Shown piece by piece: positions 36,190 through 46,780 of a stretch of 64,000 nucleotides of DNA. The position numbers and the translations under genes were made by a program. How positions within the stretch are numbered: the first letter of the stretch is position 1; the number at the start of each line of letters is the position of its first letter. Source of the DNA: Carcharhinus amblyrhynchos. Its lineage: Eukaryota. The notes under the pieces were generated by a model. The model searched no databases and was not told the DNA's origin. It saw nothing but the letters and a program-made list of their open reading frames with translations. The DNA lies in assembly GCA_965287045.1 (NCBI GenBank), contig OZ336893.1, positions 21,700,001-21,764,000 of the forward strand, given 5' to 3'.

Positions 36190-38085
36190 GACCTGGAATG
36201 GACCATATGCGCTGGTCTCCACCCCCACCCCTTTCCAAACCTGCTCCACTATTCAATAAGTTCATAGCTAATCTCGTACCTCACCTTTTACCTTCCAGCT
36301 TGATTTCCACATCCTTTGATTCCCAACTGTTCAAACATCTATCAATATCAGCCTTGAATATACTCAACAGCTGAACATCCCCAGTCCTCTGAGGTAAAGA
36401 ATGCCAAAGAATCAGAACCATTTGATTGGTCTGATTTATTATTGTCACATGCATTGGGATACAATGAAAAATATTGGGACAAATTCTCCCCAAAAAATTC
36501 TTAAGTGTTGAATTCACGTGAAAACTGGAGTTCCATGCTGGTTTTTTCAGTGAGCTCAGAGATGAATCTCCCACATTCTGTGCATTGCTGAGTGCACCTG
36601 TGTAAGTCATGTAAAAGAATCAGTGGGGTGGGACCTATTCTGATAGGAGAAGCCGGCAGCATAGTGCTGAGCGGGCCACTGCGCATGCACTGGTCTGTGC
36701 AGTGGCCCCCGTGTGTTGGCCTCCTGATTGCCGACCAGCTTGATCATTGCCCAGTCCTGTGACCCTCACAAGGCCGACTCTCTAACCTCCTCATGGCCCA
36801 ATCACTGGCCCCCATGCATTCCTGGGCCGCTTTGGCCTCTACCCCTCCTCCCCCTGCAGCCCTGATCTCTCAACCCCCCCCACCCCCCACCCAATCCCCA
36901 ACCCCACCGGCAGTCCCAAATACCCCCCACAGTCCTAATCCCCCCAGTCTGCTGCCTCCTCCACCTCAATGACCAGCCCCGATTATTGGCCTCCTTTCCT
37001 CTGCTCAAATCCAAAATGAAGAGTGTCAGTGGGATCCCTTACCCCCATCAATCATTCCCATCAGGCCCTGCTCCCAACAGACCCTGCCCTTATTAAGTCC
37101 CACCCCCTTGACACTGCCCCATGTCTGACAGGCAGTATCTAGATGCCCCCTGAGTATTGGCACTTTGCCTCTTGTGCAGTGCCGGGGGCACATGGTGCCA
37201 ATGCCCAGGGGGGGTCAGGTCATCAGCTCCTCAAAAGTGGGGAGCTATAGTAATCCCCCTGGAATAAATAAGTTCATGGCTAATCTCGTACCTCACCTTT
37301 TACCTTCCAGCCTGATTTCCACATCCTTTGATTCCCAACTGTCCAAACATCTATCAGTATCAGCCTTGAATATACTCAACAGCTGAACATCCCCAGTCCT
37401 CTGAGGTAGAGAATGCCAAAGATTCAGAACCATTTGATTTGATCTGATTTATTATTGTCACATGCATTAGAATACAGTGAAAAATATTGGGACGAATTCT
37501 CCCAAAAAAATTCTTGTGTTGAATTCATGTGAAATTCTGGTGGGGTGGGAGGAGATGCTAGAGGACATGGAGAATTCAGTCCTGGGCCTGCCAATTGGAT
37601 TTAAAATATATGTTAATGTTCATTTGAATCATTTATGCGCCTCCCCGCCGATTTCTGGCAGAGCTGATGCCCTAGAAATCCGGCGCTGGGAGACGGCTAT
37701 TGGAGCAGGAGGCCCAGTGCAGGTCCTGTGGATAAGGCGCTGCCAGAATCTTCCTGCCCCATGCGCTAAAAAATTAGCACAGTGATGGGAGAATCACCTC
37801 TATTGATCCTTATGCGCTATACAGACAAAGCATACCGTACATAGGGGAGGAAGAAAGGAGAGGGTACAGGATATAGTGCTGCAATTACAGATAGGATGAA
37901 GAGAAAGAACAGCTTAATATCTAAACTCTGGAGAATATGCATCCATTCTACTCAATCTCTCCTCATAGACTGGCATTCTCACTTCAAGAATCAGAGTAGT
38001 GAACCTCCTTTGCACCTGCTCCATACATCATTCTGTAGATAAGGAGACCAAAGCTGTACCCCTGGGTGTGGTCTTTCCTCAACTT
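36190..38085 (-). mobile_element. Nested cluster: CR1 interrupted by a Rex1 tail, itself interrupted by a MITE (36476-37801)
   Basis: CR1 36190-36420 and 37921-38085; Rex1 tail 36421-36475 and 37802-37920 (homologous to 7095-7270); MITE ends gggacaaattctcc / ggagaatcacctct with ATT on both sides. Confidence 0.8.
36255..37534 (+). repeat. ~270-bp direct duplication (36255-36523 and 37267-37534)
   Basis: Directly alignable, about 15 differences by manual count; also visible as the shared peptide NKF.ANLVPHLLPSSLISTSFDSQL in two ORFs. Confidence 0.95.
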
Positions 38086-38873
38086 TACATTCATTGGAGT
38101 TTTGAAATCATAAAATTCTATTGCTTACTCTAATTTCCCCGCTAATTCTTTGATGTAGGGCATGTCAAGAGCTTTAGGACAATGTGCTGTTTCTATGATG
38201 GAAGTCTTGGCTTTTGGAAATGCTGGAAGAATTTGCTGCGATCAGACAATCCGACTTTGAAACAGAGCCTCCCGGCACTTTTGTAACCATCAGACAATGT
38301 TTCTGTTCTGTTGGAGGATTTTCTTTTGGGGACAGGGATTTGGGTGGAGAGGAGGGCAGTTCGCTGAATGTGGTGGAAAATTGGCAAAGTCACGGCTGAG
38401 AGGTTTAGGAATTTATATTTCCCTAAGCTTCAGGAGAGAGAAAAAACATGCTGATTTGTCATTGAACATTGCCAATTTTCTTTTAAAATAGCGAAAACAT
38501 TATTGTTTCAGAACTTGATTTGCAAAAACCTCTCAGACGCCAAATGATCAGAGTCTCAAAATGCATCCGCCATGTTATTCAAATGTAAATTTCACTTTCC
38601 AAATAAGCTAATCATGTCACAATGTGGAAGATGGAGGTGGAATATATTTTTTACAAGGAAGAGGTTTCAGGCAATTAATCTTCTTTTCACAATCAAAGGT
38701 TAAGCCTTTGAGTTCTATCCCTTATTTAAAAATATAATACATATATTTTTTAAAATGCACTATTCTAATTGTTTTACTAAATTACTCTCCACCCTCCAAT
38801 AATGTCTGCTGCATTCATTTTAACAGTCACAAGAAACTTTATATATGCTTTATAATGCATCAAAGTGGTGTTG

Positions 38874-39067
38874 AGAACAAAGAACAAAGAACAATACAGC
38901 ACAGGAAACAGGCCCTTCAGCCCTCCAAGCCTGTGCCGTTCATTGGTCCAACTAGACCATTCGTTTATATCCCTCCATTCCCAGACTATTTATGTGACTA
39001 TCCAGATAAGTCTTAAACGATCCTAGCATGTCCCCTTCCACCACCCTACTTGGCAGTGCATTCCAGA
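38874..39067 (-). mobile_element. CR1 3' tail (different subfamily)
   Basis: (agaacaa)n-tacagcacaggaaacaggcccttcagccc...ggcagtgcattccag. Confidence 0.85.
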
Positions 39068-39167
39068 GGTGCATTGGAGGTTTGTCTTTACATCAAAATT
39101 ATAAGGTCAACTAAGAACAAACAATGGACAAGTATCCCCCTGTCATTACCAAGCACTATTCGGACCA

Positions 39168-39358
39168 AATCTGAAAGACATGCTGGTTAGGTGCATTGGC
39201 CATGCTAAATTTCCCCTTAGTCTCCTGGGATGCGAAGGTAAGAGGAATTAGTAGGGTAAGTATGTAGGGTTATGGGTGTGGGGCCTGGGTGGGATTGTTG
39301 TTGGTACAGACTCAATAGGCCAAATGGATTCACTCTGCACTGGAGGATTTCTATGATT
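39168..39358 (+). mobile_element. HE1-type V-SINE 3' half
   Basis: gctggttaggtgcattggccatgctaaat...ctgcactggaggatttctatgatt. Confidence 0.8.
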
Positions 39359-40568
39359 ACAACCAGAAAATGGAGCAGCTGGTTCCGGGTCTGTGCTGAA
39401 CTGGTTCACCTATTCTGTGGACACAAAGGACGTCTGGGCTTGGGAGGGAGCGATCAACAAGTACTCTTACTTCTGATCAGTATCTGGTGACTCCTGCTGG
39501 AATGTGTGTCCATGTGAACTTTGAATAAAGACTGGAATGCCTTGGCTCCTATGCCACCATCCCGTTGAATAGCCAGACAACACTCCATGTTGAGGTTTCC
39601 AGTCGCAGCACAGCTCGAGCCCCGATACCCCAGCACGAGTCAGCACCTTGCACCTTAATGGCAAATGGTAGAAGGAGGAACATTCCGAACATTGCACCTC
39701 CAAGCCCCAGAGGCAAGCAAACAATGACTATTAGACATGGTTGGAATTGGAACATGATACAAAACACACCCAACTTGGCAGCTGATGGCTTTGTTATGAA
39801 AGTTAGGGCCAAGATATTAAAGAATAGTTTTCGATATGAAGCCAGAGTCAAATCAGTCATGGTTAATGACTGGAATTAATAATTACGAGTAAAAAAAATG
39901 ATCTCAGATGTGCTTCAGAAACTAGCCCCAGCTTTTAATTTGGGTTCATTTCTAATTAATAGAGTAATTACAGCATAACACTGGTTACATTAAAAAATAA
40001 ATACGCCAAAGCCTGTCTGGAGAAACAGCAATAAAAACTAAATACTCCACAAGGAACAGTGGGCAATGGATCCACTGACTTGAAGCAGCTGCTATTATCA
40101 AATTAATGTGGTTGAAACAATGGCTAAAAACCCTCTTTAAAGTTTCTTTTGAACAATGGTTATTATTTTTTAGTTTATTCGGTGAAAAATGCTGGTGTAT
40201 TTTAAATCCCCAGTCGTAGTAACACATGGGTGTTTTTGGGTGAATATTGAAATCTTGTCCCATTCAGCTGAGAAATGACTCAGTTAAGAGTTTTGACTGT
40301 TGACAATGAATGGGTCCCACCATCTGGCAAATGCTCCAGTGACCATTAAAATGCTTATGATGCTGGGAAGTGAGAGCATGAGAAACAATAGTGAATTATA
40401 CTCATTACCCTCAGAGCTGGATTGATGCCAGTGGTCACAATTCCTCCCCATCGTGTTCATAAAAATATAGAAATCCAATAGGATTGAAACCTGACCATAT
40501 CGCTCTCTTTCAGCATCTCCACCACAAAAAAAACACGTTGCCAGAGGAGGTGGTGGAAACAGGCACAT

Positions 40569-41045
40569 GGGGTGGCATGGTGGCACAGTGGTTAGCACTG
40601 CTGCCTTACGGTCCCAGGTTCAATTCTGACTTTGGGTCACTGTCTGTGTGGCATTTGCACATTCGCCCTGTGTCTGTGTGGGTTTCCTTCGAGTGCTCCG
40701 GTTTCCGCCCACAATCCAAAGATGTGCAGGTCAGGTTCATTACCCATGCCAAATTGACCCTACTGTCAGAGGGATTGTAGTTAAATGTGTGCGGTTGTGG
40801 GAATAGGGCATGGATTGGATTGTGGTGGGTACAGACTCGATGGGCTGAATGTCTTCCTTCTGTACTGTAGGGATTCTATGATTAGCAACATTTAAGAGGC
40901 ATCTGGATGGGTACATGAATAGGAAGGGAATACAATGAAGTGGTCCAAGTAAGGGTAGAAGGTTTTGTTTTTATTTAGGGCATCATGATCAGCAAGGGCT
41001 TGGTGGGCTGAAGGGCCTGTTCCTGTGCTGTACTTTTCTTTAATC
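40569..41045 (+). mobile_element. HE1 V-SINE (40569-40883) directly followed by a CR1 3' tail (40888-41045)
   Basis: Full SINE, then tttaagaggcatctggat...gggctgaagggcctgttcctgtgctgta. Confidence 0.85.
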
Positions 41046-41354
41046 TTAATCTCTTCTGTGAACAAATCTGAGTCTGTTGTTAATGTGCTCTGTGCTGCAT
41101 TGAGGACATTAAAAGTTTGAGTTTGCCCTAGGGCTAGTGACATGTTCAGCCTATTGTGTTGGATTAGGGAAGATGCCTTTGTTCAGCATGGATCACACTG
41201 GACCAGTTTGGAGCATGTGATCCCCAGCTTCGTCCTGTAGGAGTTTGCATCATGCTATTTAAACCGACAAAGAGACCTGGTTTAATTGCTCAGCCTTAGC
41301 CAGGAAGGTTGAAACATTTTCCATTTCAGCTTAACAGGAACCAATACAGATATT

Positions 41355-41742
41355 CATAAGAACATAAGAAATAGGAGCAGGAGTAGGCCCACTAGCCCTT
41401 CGAGCCTGCCTCGCCATTCAATAAGATCATGGCTGATCTGTCGTGGCTCAGTTCCACATTCCCGCCCTCTCCCCATAACCCTTAATCCCCTCTCTCATCA
41501 AAAACCCATCAACCCGCGTCTTAAAAATATTTAGCGAGGCAGCCTCCACCACTTCAACGGGCAGAGAATTCCAGAGATTCACCACCCTTTGAGTGAAGAA
41601 GTTCCTCCTCAACTCTGTTCTAAACCACCTCCCCTTTATCTTGAGGCTGTGCCCCCTAGTCCTACTGTCCTTTCTGAGCGGGAAGAGTCTCTCCACCTCT
41701 ATCCTATCCATCCCATTCATCATCTTATACGTCTCAATGAGA
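41355..41742 (-). mobile_element. Young CR1 3' fragment
   Basis: Nearly identical to 25336-25723. Confidence 0.95.
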
Positions 41743-41749
41743 CGTTCGA

Positions 41750-42200
41750 GTGTTGAATAAAGCATGCTTAAGTGCTTTATGAACAGTTGCTTCATGATGA
41801 AGCTTTTATGGCTTTTTTGAAGTTCGCAATAACATGCCTGGGAAGGATAAGCTAATTTACCAAAGCATGTCCATCCTGACTTTGGTCTTCACTGTGTTGT
41901 TTTGTGGCACTTTCCTTCTTCCTACAATCTTCAGTAACTCAAGATTGGTAACGCCTAATCTTAACTTCCTGATTTACCTAGTACTCTTCTTTTCTGTTTT
42001 GTCTTGCTCTGTGCCTTTGGTCCTTATCCTCTCGATTAAAAAAAAATTCTTCAGTGAAACTGTCCTGAGTGAGTAAGTCACAGGTGTCGAGTGCTCTGAA
42101 CCCTTGAGTCCTGCGTTTGACATCAATGCTTTCTCAATATGTTAGACTTTGAACATGCTTATTCAAGTATTTCTTTGCCTCTTTGATTTTGAAAGTCAGT
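41750..42200 (-). mobile_element. Possible ancient RTE-type LINE fragment
   Basis: Minus-strand VTNLELLKIVGRRK...TVKTK resembles the RTE VTNEEVLRRVG...TIK region. Confidence 0.35.
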
Positions 42201-42221
42201 TCGTCAGATTCTTCATAAAAG

Positions 42222-45200
42222 TATAGAATACCTACAGTGCAGAAAGACACCATTCAGCCCATTGAATCTGCACTGACTCTCTGAAAGAGTATCCCACTCT
42301 TCTGCACTATCCCAGTAACCCCATGCATTATCATGGCTAATCTGCCTAAGCTACACATCTTAGGACACTAAGGGCTAATTTAGCATGGTCAATCCACCTA
42401 ACCTGCACATCTTTGGACAGTTGGAGGAAACCCATGCAGATATGGGGAGAACATGCAAACTCTTCACACACAGTCACCCATACCATTCTGGAATTGGGAC
42501 CTATACCACAGTGAGAGTCAGTGTGTGTGGAAGCTGTATCCCAGTGAGAGTCAGTGCCTTTCATTGGGATATAAGTTCTACATGAGCTGACTGTCACTGG
42601 GATACAGTTTCCACACACTGACTCTCACTCGTGTACGTGTCCAACACACACTGCACCCATTGGGGTATGGGTTCTACATGCAGTGTATGTGGAAGCAGTA
42701 GCCCAGTGTGAGGCAGCGTGTGTGGAAGCTGTATCCCGGTGAGAGGCAGTGTGTGTGGGACCCGCACCCCAGTGAGAGGCAGTGTGTGTGGGAGCCGCGT
42801 CCCAGTGAGGGGCAGTGTGTGTGGAAGCCGTGTCCCAGTGAGAGGCAGTGTGTGTGGGAGCCGTGTCCCAGTGAAAGGCAGTGTGTGTGGGAGCCGTGTC
42901 CCAGTGAGAGGCAGTGTGTGTGGGACCCGCACCCCAGTGAGAGGCAGTGTGTGTGGGAGCCGCGTCCCAGTGAGAGGCAGTGTGTGTGGGAGCCGTGTCC
43001 CAGTGAGAGGCAGTGTGTGTGGGAGCCGTGTCCCAGTGAGAGGCAGTGTGTGTGGGACCCGCACCCCAGTGAGAGGCAGTGTGTGTGGGAGCCGCGTCCC
43101 AGTGAGAGGCAGTGTGTGTGGGAGCTGTATCCCAGTGAGGGGCAGTGTGTGTGGGAACTGTGTCCCAGTGAGAGGCAGTGTGTGTGGGACCCGCACCCCA
43201 GTGAGAGGCAGTGTGTGTGGGAGCGGTGTCCCAGTGAGAGGCAGTGTGTGTGGGAGCGGTGTCCCAGTGAGAGGCAGTGTGTGTGGAAGCTGTATCCCGG
43301 TGAGAGGCAGTGTGTGTGGGACCCGCACCCCAGTGAGAGGCAGTGTGTGTGGGAGCCGTGTCCCAGTGAGAGGCAGTGTGTGTGGGAGCGGTGTCCCAGT
43401 GAGAGGCAGTGTGTGTGGGAGCTGTGTCCCAGTGAGAGGCAGTGTGTGTGGGAGCCGTGTCCCAGTGAGAGGCAGTGTGTGTGGGAACTGTGTCCCAGTG
43501 AGAGGCAGTGTGTGTGGGAGCCGTGTCCCAGTGAGAGGCAGTGTGTGTGGGAGCCGTGTCCCAGTGAGAGGCAGTGTGTGTGGGAACTGTGTCCCAGTGA
43601 GAGGCAGTGTGTGTGCGAGTTGTGTCCCAGTGAGGGGCAGTGTGTGTGGGAGCCGTGTCCCAGTGAGAGGCAGTGTGTGTGAGAGCCGTGTCCCAGTGAA
43701 AGGCAGTGTGTGTGGGAACTGTGTCCCAGTGAGAGGCAGTGTGTGTGGGAGCTGTGTCCCAGTGAGAGGCAGTGTGTATGGGAGCCGTGTCCCAGTGAGA
43801 GGCAGTGTGTGTGGGACCCGTACCCCAGTGAGAGGCAGTGTGTGTGGGAGCTGTATCCCAGTGAGAGGCAGTGTGTGTGGGACCCGTACCCCAGTGAGAG
43901 GCAGTGTGTGTGGGACCCGTACCCCAGTGAGGGGCAGTGTGTGTGGGAGCCGTGTCCCAGTGAGGGGCAGCGTGTGTGGGAGCCGCGTCCCAGTGAGGGG
44001 CAGTGTGTGTGGGAGCTGTGTCCCAGTGAGGGGCAGTGTGTGTGGGAGCTGTGTCCCAGTGAGAGGCAGTGTGTGTGGGAGCCGTGTCCCAGTGAGGGGC
44101 AGTGTGTGTGGGAGCTGTATCCCAGTGAGAGGCAGTGTGTGTGGGACCCGTACCCCAGTGAGAGGCAGTGTGTGTGGGACCCGTACCCCAGTGAGGGGCA
44201 GTGTGTGTGGGAGCCGTGTCCCAGTGAGGGGCAGCGTGTGTGGGAGCCGCGTCCCAGTGAGGGGCAGTGTGTGTGGGAGCCGTGTCCCAGTGAGGGGCAG
44301 TGTGTGTGGGAGCTGTGTCCCAGTGAGAGGCAGTGTGTGTGGGAGCCGCGTCCCAGTGAGAGGCAGTGTGTGTGGGAGCTGTATCCCAGTGAGGGGCAGT
44401 GTGTGTGGGAGCCGTGTCCCAGTGAGGGGCAGTGTGTGTGGGAGCCGTGTCCCAGTGAGGGGCAGTGTGTGTGGGAGCCGTGTCCCAGTGAGGGGCAGTG
44501 TGTGTGGGAGCCGTGTCCCAGTGAGGGGCAGTGTGTGTGGGAGCCGTGTCCCAGTGAGGGGCAGTGTGTGTGGGAGCCGTGTCCCAGTGAGGGGCAGTGT
44601 GTGTGGGAGGTGTGTCCCAGTGAGGGGCAGTGTGTGTGGGAGCCGTGTCCCAGTGAGGGGCAGTGTGTGTGGGAGCTGTGTCCCAGTGAGGGGCAGTGTG
44701 TGTGGGAGCTGTGTCCCAGTGAGGGGCAGTGTGTGTGGGAGCTGTGTCCCAGTGAGGGGCAGTGTGTGTGGGAGCCGCGTCCCAGTGAGGGGCAGTGTGT
44801 GTGGGAGCTGTATCCCAGTGAGAGGCAGTGTGTGTGGGACCCGTACCCCAGTGAGGGGCAGTGTGTGTGGGAGCCGTGTCCCAGTGAGGGGCAGCGTGTG
44901 TGGGAGCCGCGTCCCAGTGAGGGGCAGTGTGTGTGGGAGCTGTGTCCCAGTGAGGGGCAGTGTGTGTGGGAGCTGTGTCCCAGTGAGAGGCAGTGTGTGT
45001 GGGAGCCGCGTCCCAGTGAGGGGCAGTGTGTGTGGGAGCCGTGTCCCAGTGAGGGGCAGTGTGTGTGGGAGCCGTGTCCCAGTGAGGGGCAGTGTGTGTG
45101 GGAGCTGTGTCCCAGTGAGGGGCAGTGTGTGTGGGAGCCGCGTCCCAGTGAGGGGCAGTGTGTGTGGGAGCTGTATCCCAGTGAGGGGCAGTGTGTGCGG

Positions 45201-46237
45201 GAGCTGTATCCCAGTGAGAGGCAGTGTGTGTGGGAGCTGTATCCCAGTGAGGGGCAGTGTGTGTGGGAGCTGTATCCCAGTGAGGGGCAGTGTGTGTGGG
45301 AGCTGTGTCCCAGTGAGGGGCAGTGTGTGTGGGAGCCACACCCCAGTGAGGGGCAGTGTGTGTGGGAGCTGTGTCCCAGTGAGGGGCAGTGTGTGTGGGA
45401 GCCGTGTCCCAGTGAGAGGCAGTGTGTGTGGGAGCTGTATCCCAGTGAGGGGCAGTGTGTGTGGGAGCCGTGTCCCAGTGAGAGGCAGTGTGTGTGGGAG
45501 CTGTATCCCAGTGAGGGGCAGTGTGTGTGGGAGCCGTGTCCCAGTGAGAGGCAGTGTGTGTGGGAGCTGTATCCCAGTGAGGGGCAGTGTGTGTGGGAGC
45601 TGTATCCCAGTGAGAGGCAGTGTGTGTGGGAGCTGTATCCCAGTGAGGGGCAGTGTGTGTGGGAGCTGTATCCCAGTGAGGGGCAGTGTGTGCGGGAGCT
45701 GTATCCCAGTGAGGGGCAGTGTGTGTGGGAGCTGTATCCCAGTGAGAGGCAGTGTGTGTGGGAGCTGTATCCCAGTGAGGGGCAGTGTGTGTGGGAGCCG
45801 CACCCCAGTGAGGGGCAGTGTGTGTGCGAGCCGTGTCCCAGTGAGAGGCAGTGTGTGTGGGAGCTGTATCCCAGTGAGGGGCAGTGTGTGTGGGAGCTGT
45901 ATCCCAGTGAGGGGCAGTGTGTGCGGGAGCTGTATCCCAGTGAGGGGCAGTGTGTGTGGGAGCTGTATCCCAGTGAGAGGCAGTGTGTGTGGGAGCTGTA
46001 TCCCAGTGAGGGGCAGTGTGTGTGCGAGCCGCACCCCAGTGAGGGGCAGTGTGTGTGGGAGCCGCACCCCAGTGAGGGGCAGTGTGTGTGCGAGCCGCAC
46101 CCCAGTGAGGGGCAGTGTGTGTGGGAGCTGTATCCCAGTGAGAGGCAGTGTGTGTGGAACGTATATGGGTCCCAAGGCCAGTATCAAACTCGGCTCCTTG
46201 GTACTGTGAGGCAGCAATGCTAACCACTGTGCCACCC
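42222..46237 (-). mobile_element. HE1 V-SINE split by the minisatellite (pieces 42222-42480 and ~46171-46237)
   Basis: ...cacacagtcaccca | cccaaggccagtatcaaac...taaccactgtgccacc joins into one contiguous SINE. Confidence 0.85.
42680..46158 (+). repeat. 33-bp minisatellite, ~105 units, consensus CCAGTGAG(A/G)GGCAGTGTGTGTGGGAGC(C/T)GT(G/A)TC
   Basis: Direct inspection; 11-aa periodicity in all ORFs; no indels in phase. Confidence 0.98.
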
Positions 46238-46251
46238 TTATTCCACTTATT

Positions 46252-46378
46252 GGGCGATTTTTTTTCCCATCCTCCCTGCCACGGGAATTGTAGCGGGTAG
46301 GACAGGACCATGCAAAAGCCATTGACTTTGGATGAGATTTTCCGGTCTTGGGGTGAGCATGACCGGAAAATCCCACCC
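46252..46378. mobile_element. PIF/Harbinger-like MITE, 127 bp
   Basis: TIRs gggcgatttttttcc / ggaaaatcccaccc, ATT on both flanks; same family as 58918-59039. Confidence 0.8.
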
Positions 46379-46499
46379 ATTGTGTTGCTGACCAATTCTT
46401 CATCATAATTCCACAAGAAACTTGGTTCATCCATTCCTGCTGAAAGGAAGTTATCACTTAGTGTTTCATAAAACCACACTCAAATCATAGCTCCTATTT

Positions 46500-46780
46500 T
46501 AAGAACATAGGAACTGGAGGAAGCTGTTTGCCCTTTGATTCTGTTCCATCAATCAATGAAGTCATAGCTGATCTGAGTCTGGATTGCATATACCCTATGC
46601 CCCATATTCCTTAATACCTCTGGCTCACAAAAATCTATCAATCCAAGTTTTAAAATTAATAATTGATCGATTGCCATTTGCAGAAGCGAGCTCCACACTT
46701 TTACTACTTTTATGTCGAAAAATGTTTCCTAATTTTACTCCGGAAAGATCTGGCGTCAATGTTTTAGATTGTGCCTCCTG
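46500..46780 (-). mobile_element. Old CR1 3' tail
   Basis: taagaacataggaactggagg...catagctgatct...aaaaatctatcaatc. Confidence 0.7.

Noticed and set aside
42507-42540. CACAGTG heptamer as a V(D)J recombination signal
   Set aside because: No nonamer at 12 or 23 bp and no Ig/TCR segment nearby.
42680-46158. CRISPR-like look (constant segment plus variable segment)
   Set aside because: The variable part is ~9 nt drawn from a few related variants, not unique spacers; eukaryotic context and no cas genes.
42594-46479. Very long ORFs (1287, 1284, 1163, 837 aa) on both strands
   Set aside because: A by-product of a 33-bp unit (multiple of 3) with a stop in only one frame; starts lie in SINE, MITE or flanking sequence; overlapping on both strands with no domain content.
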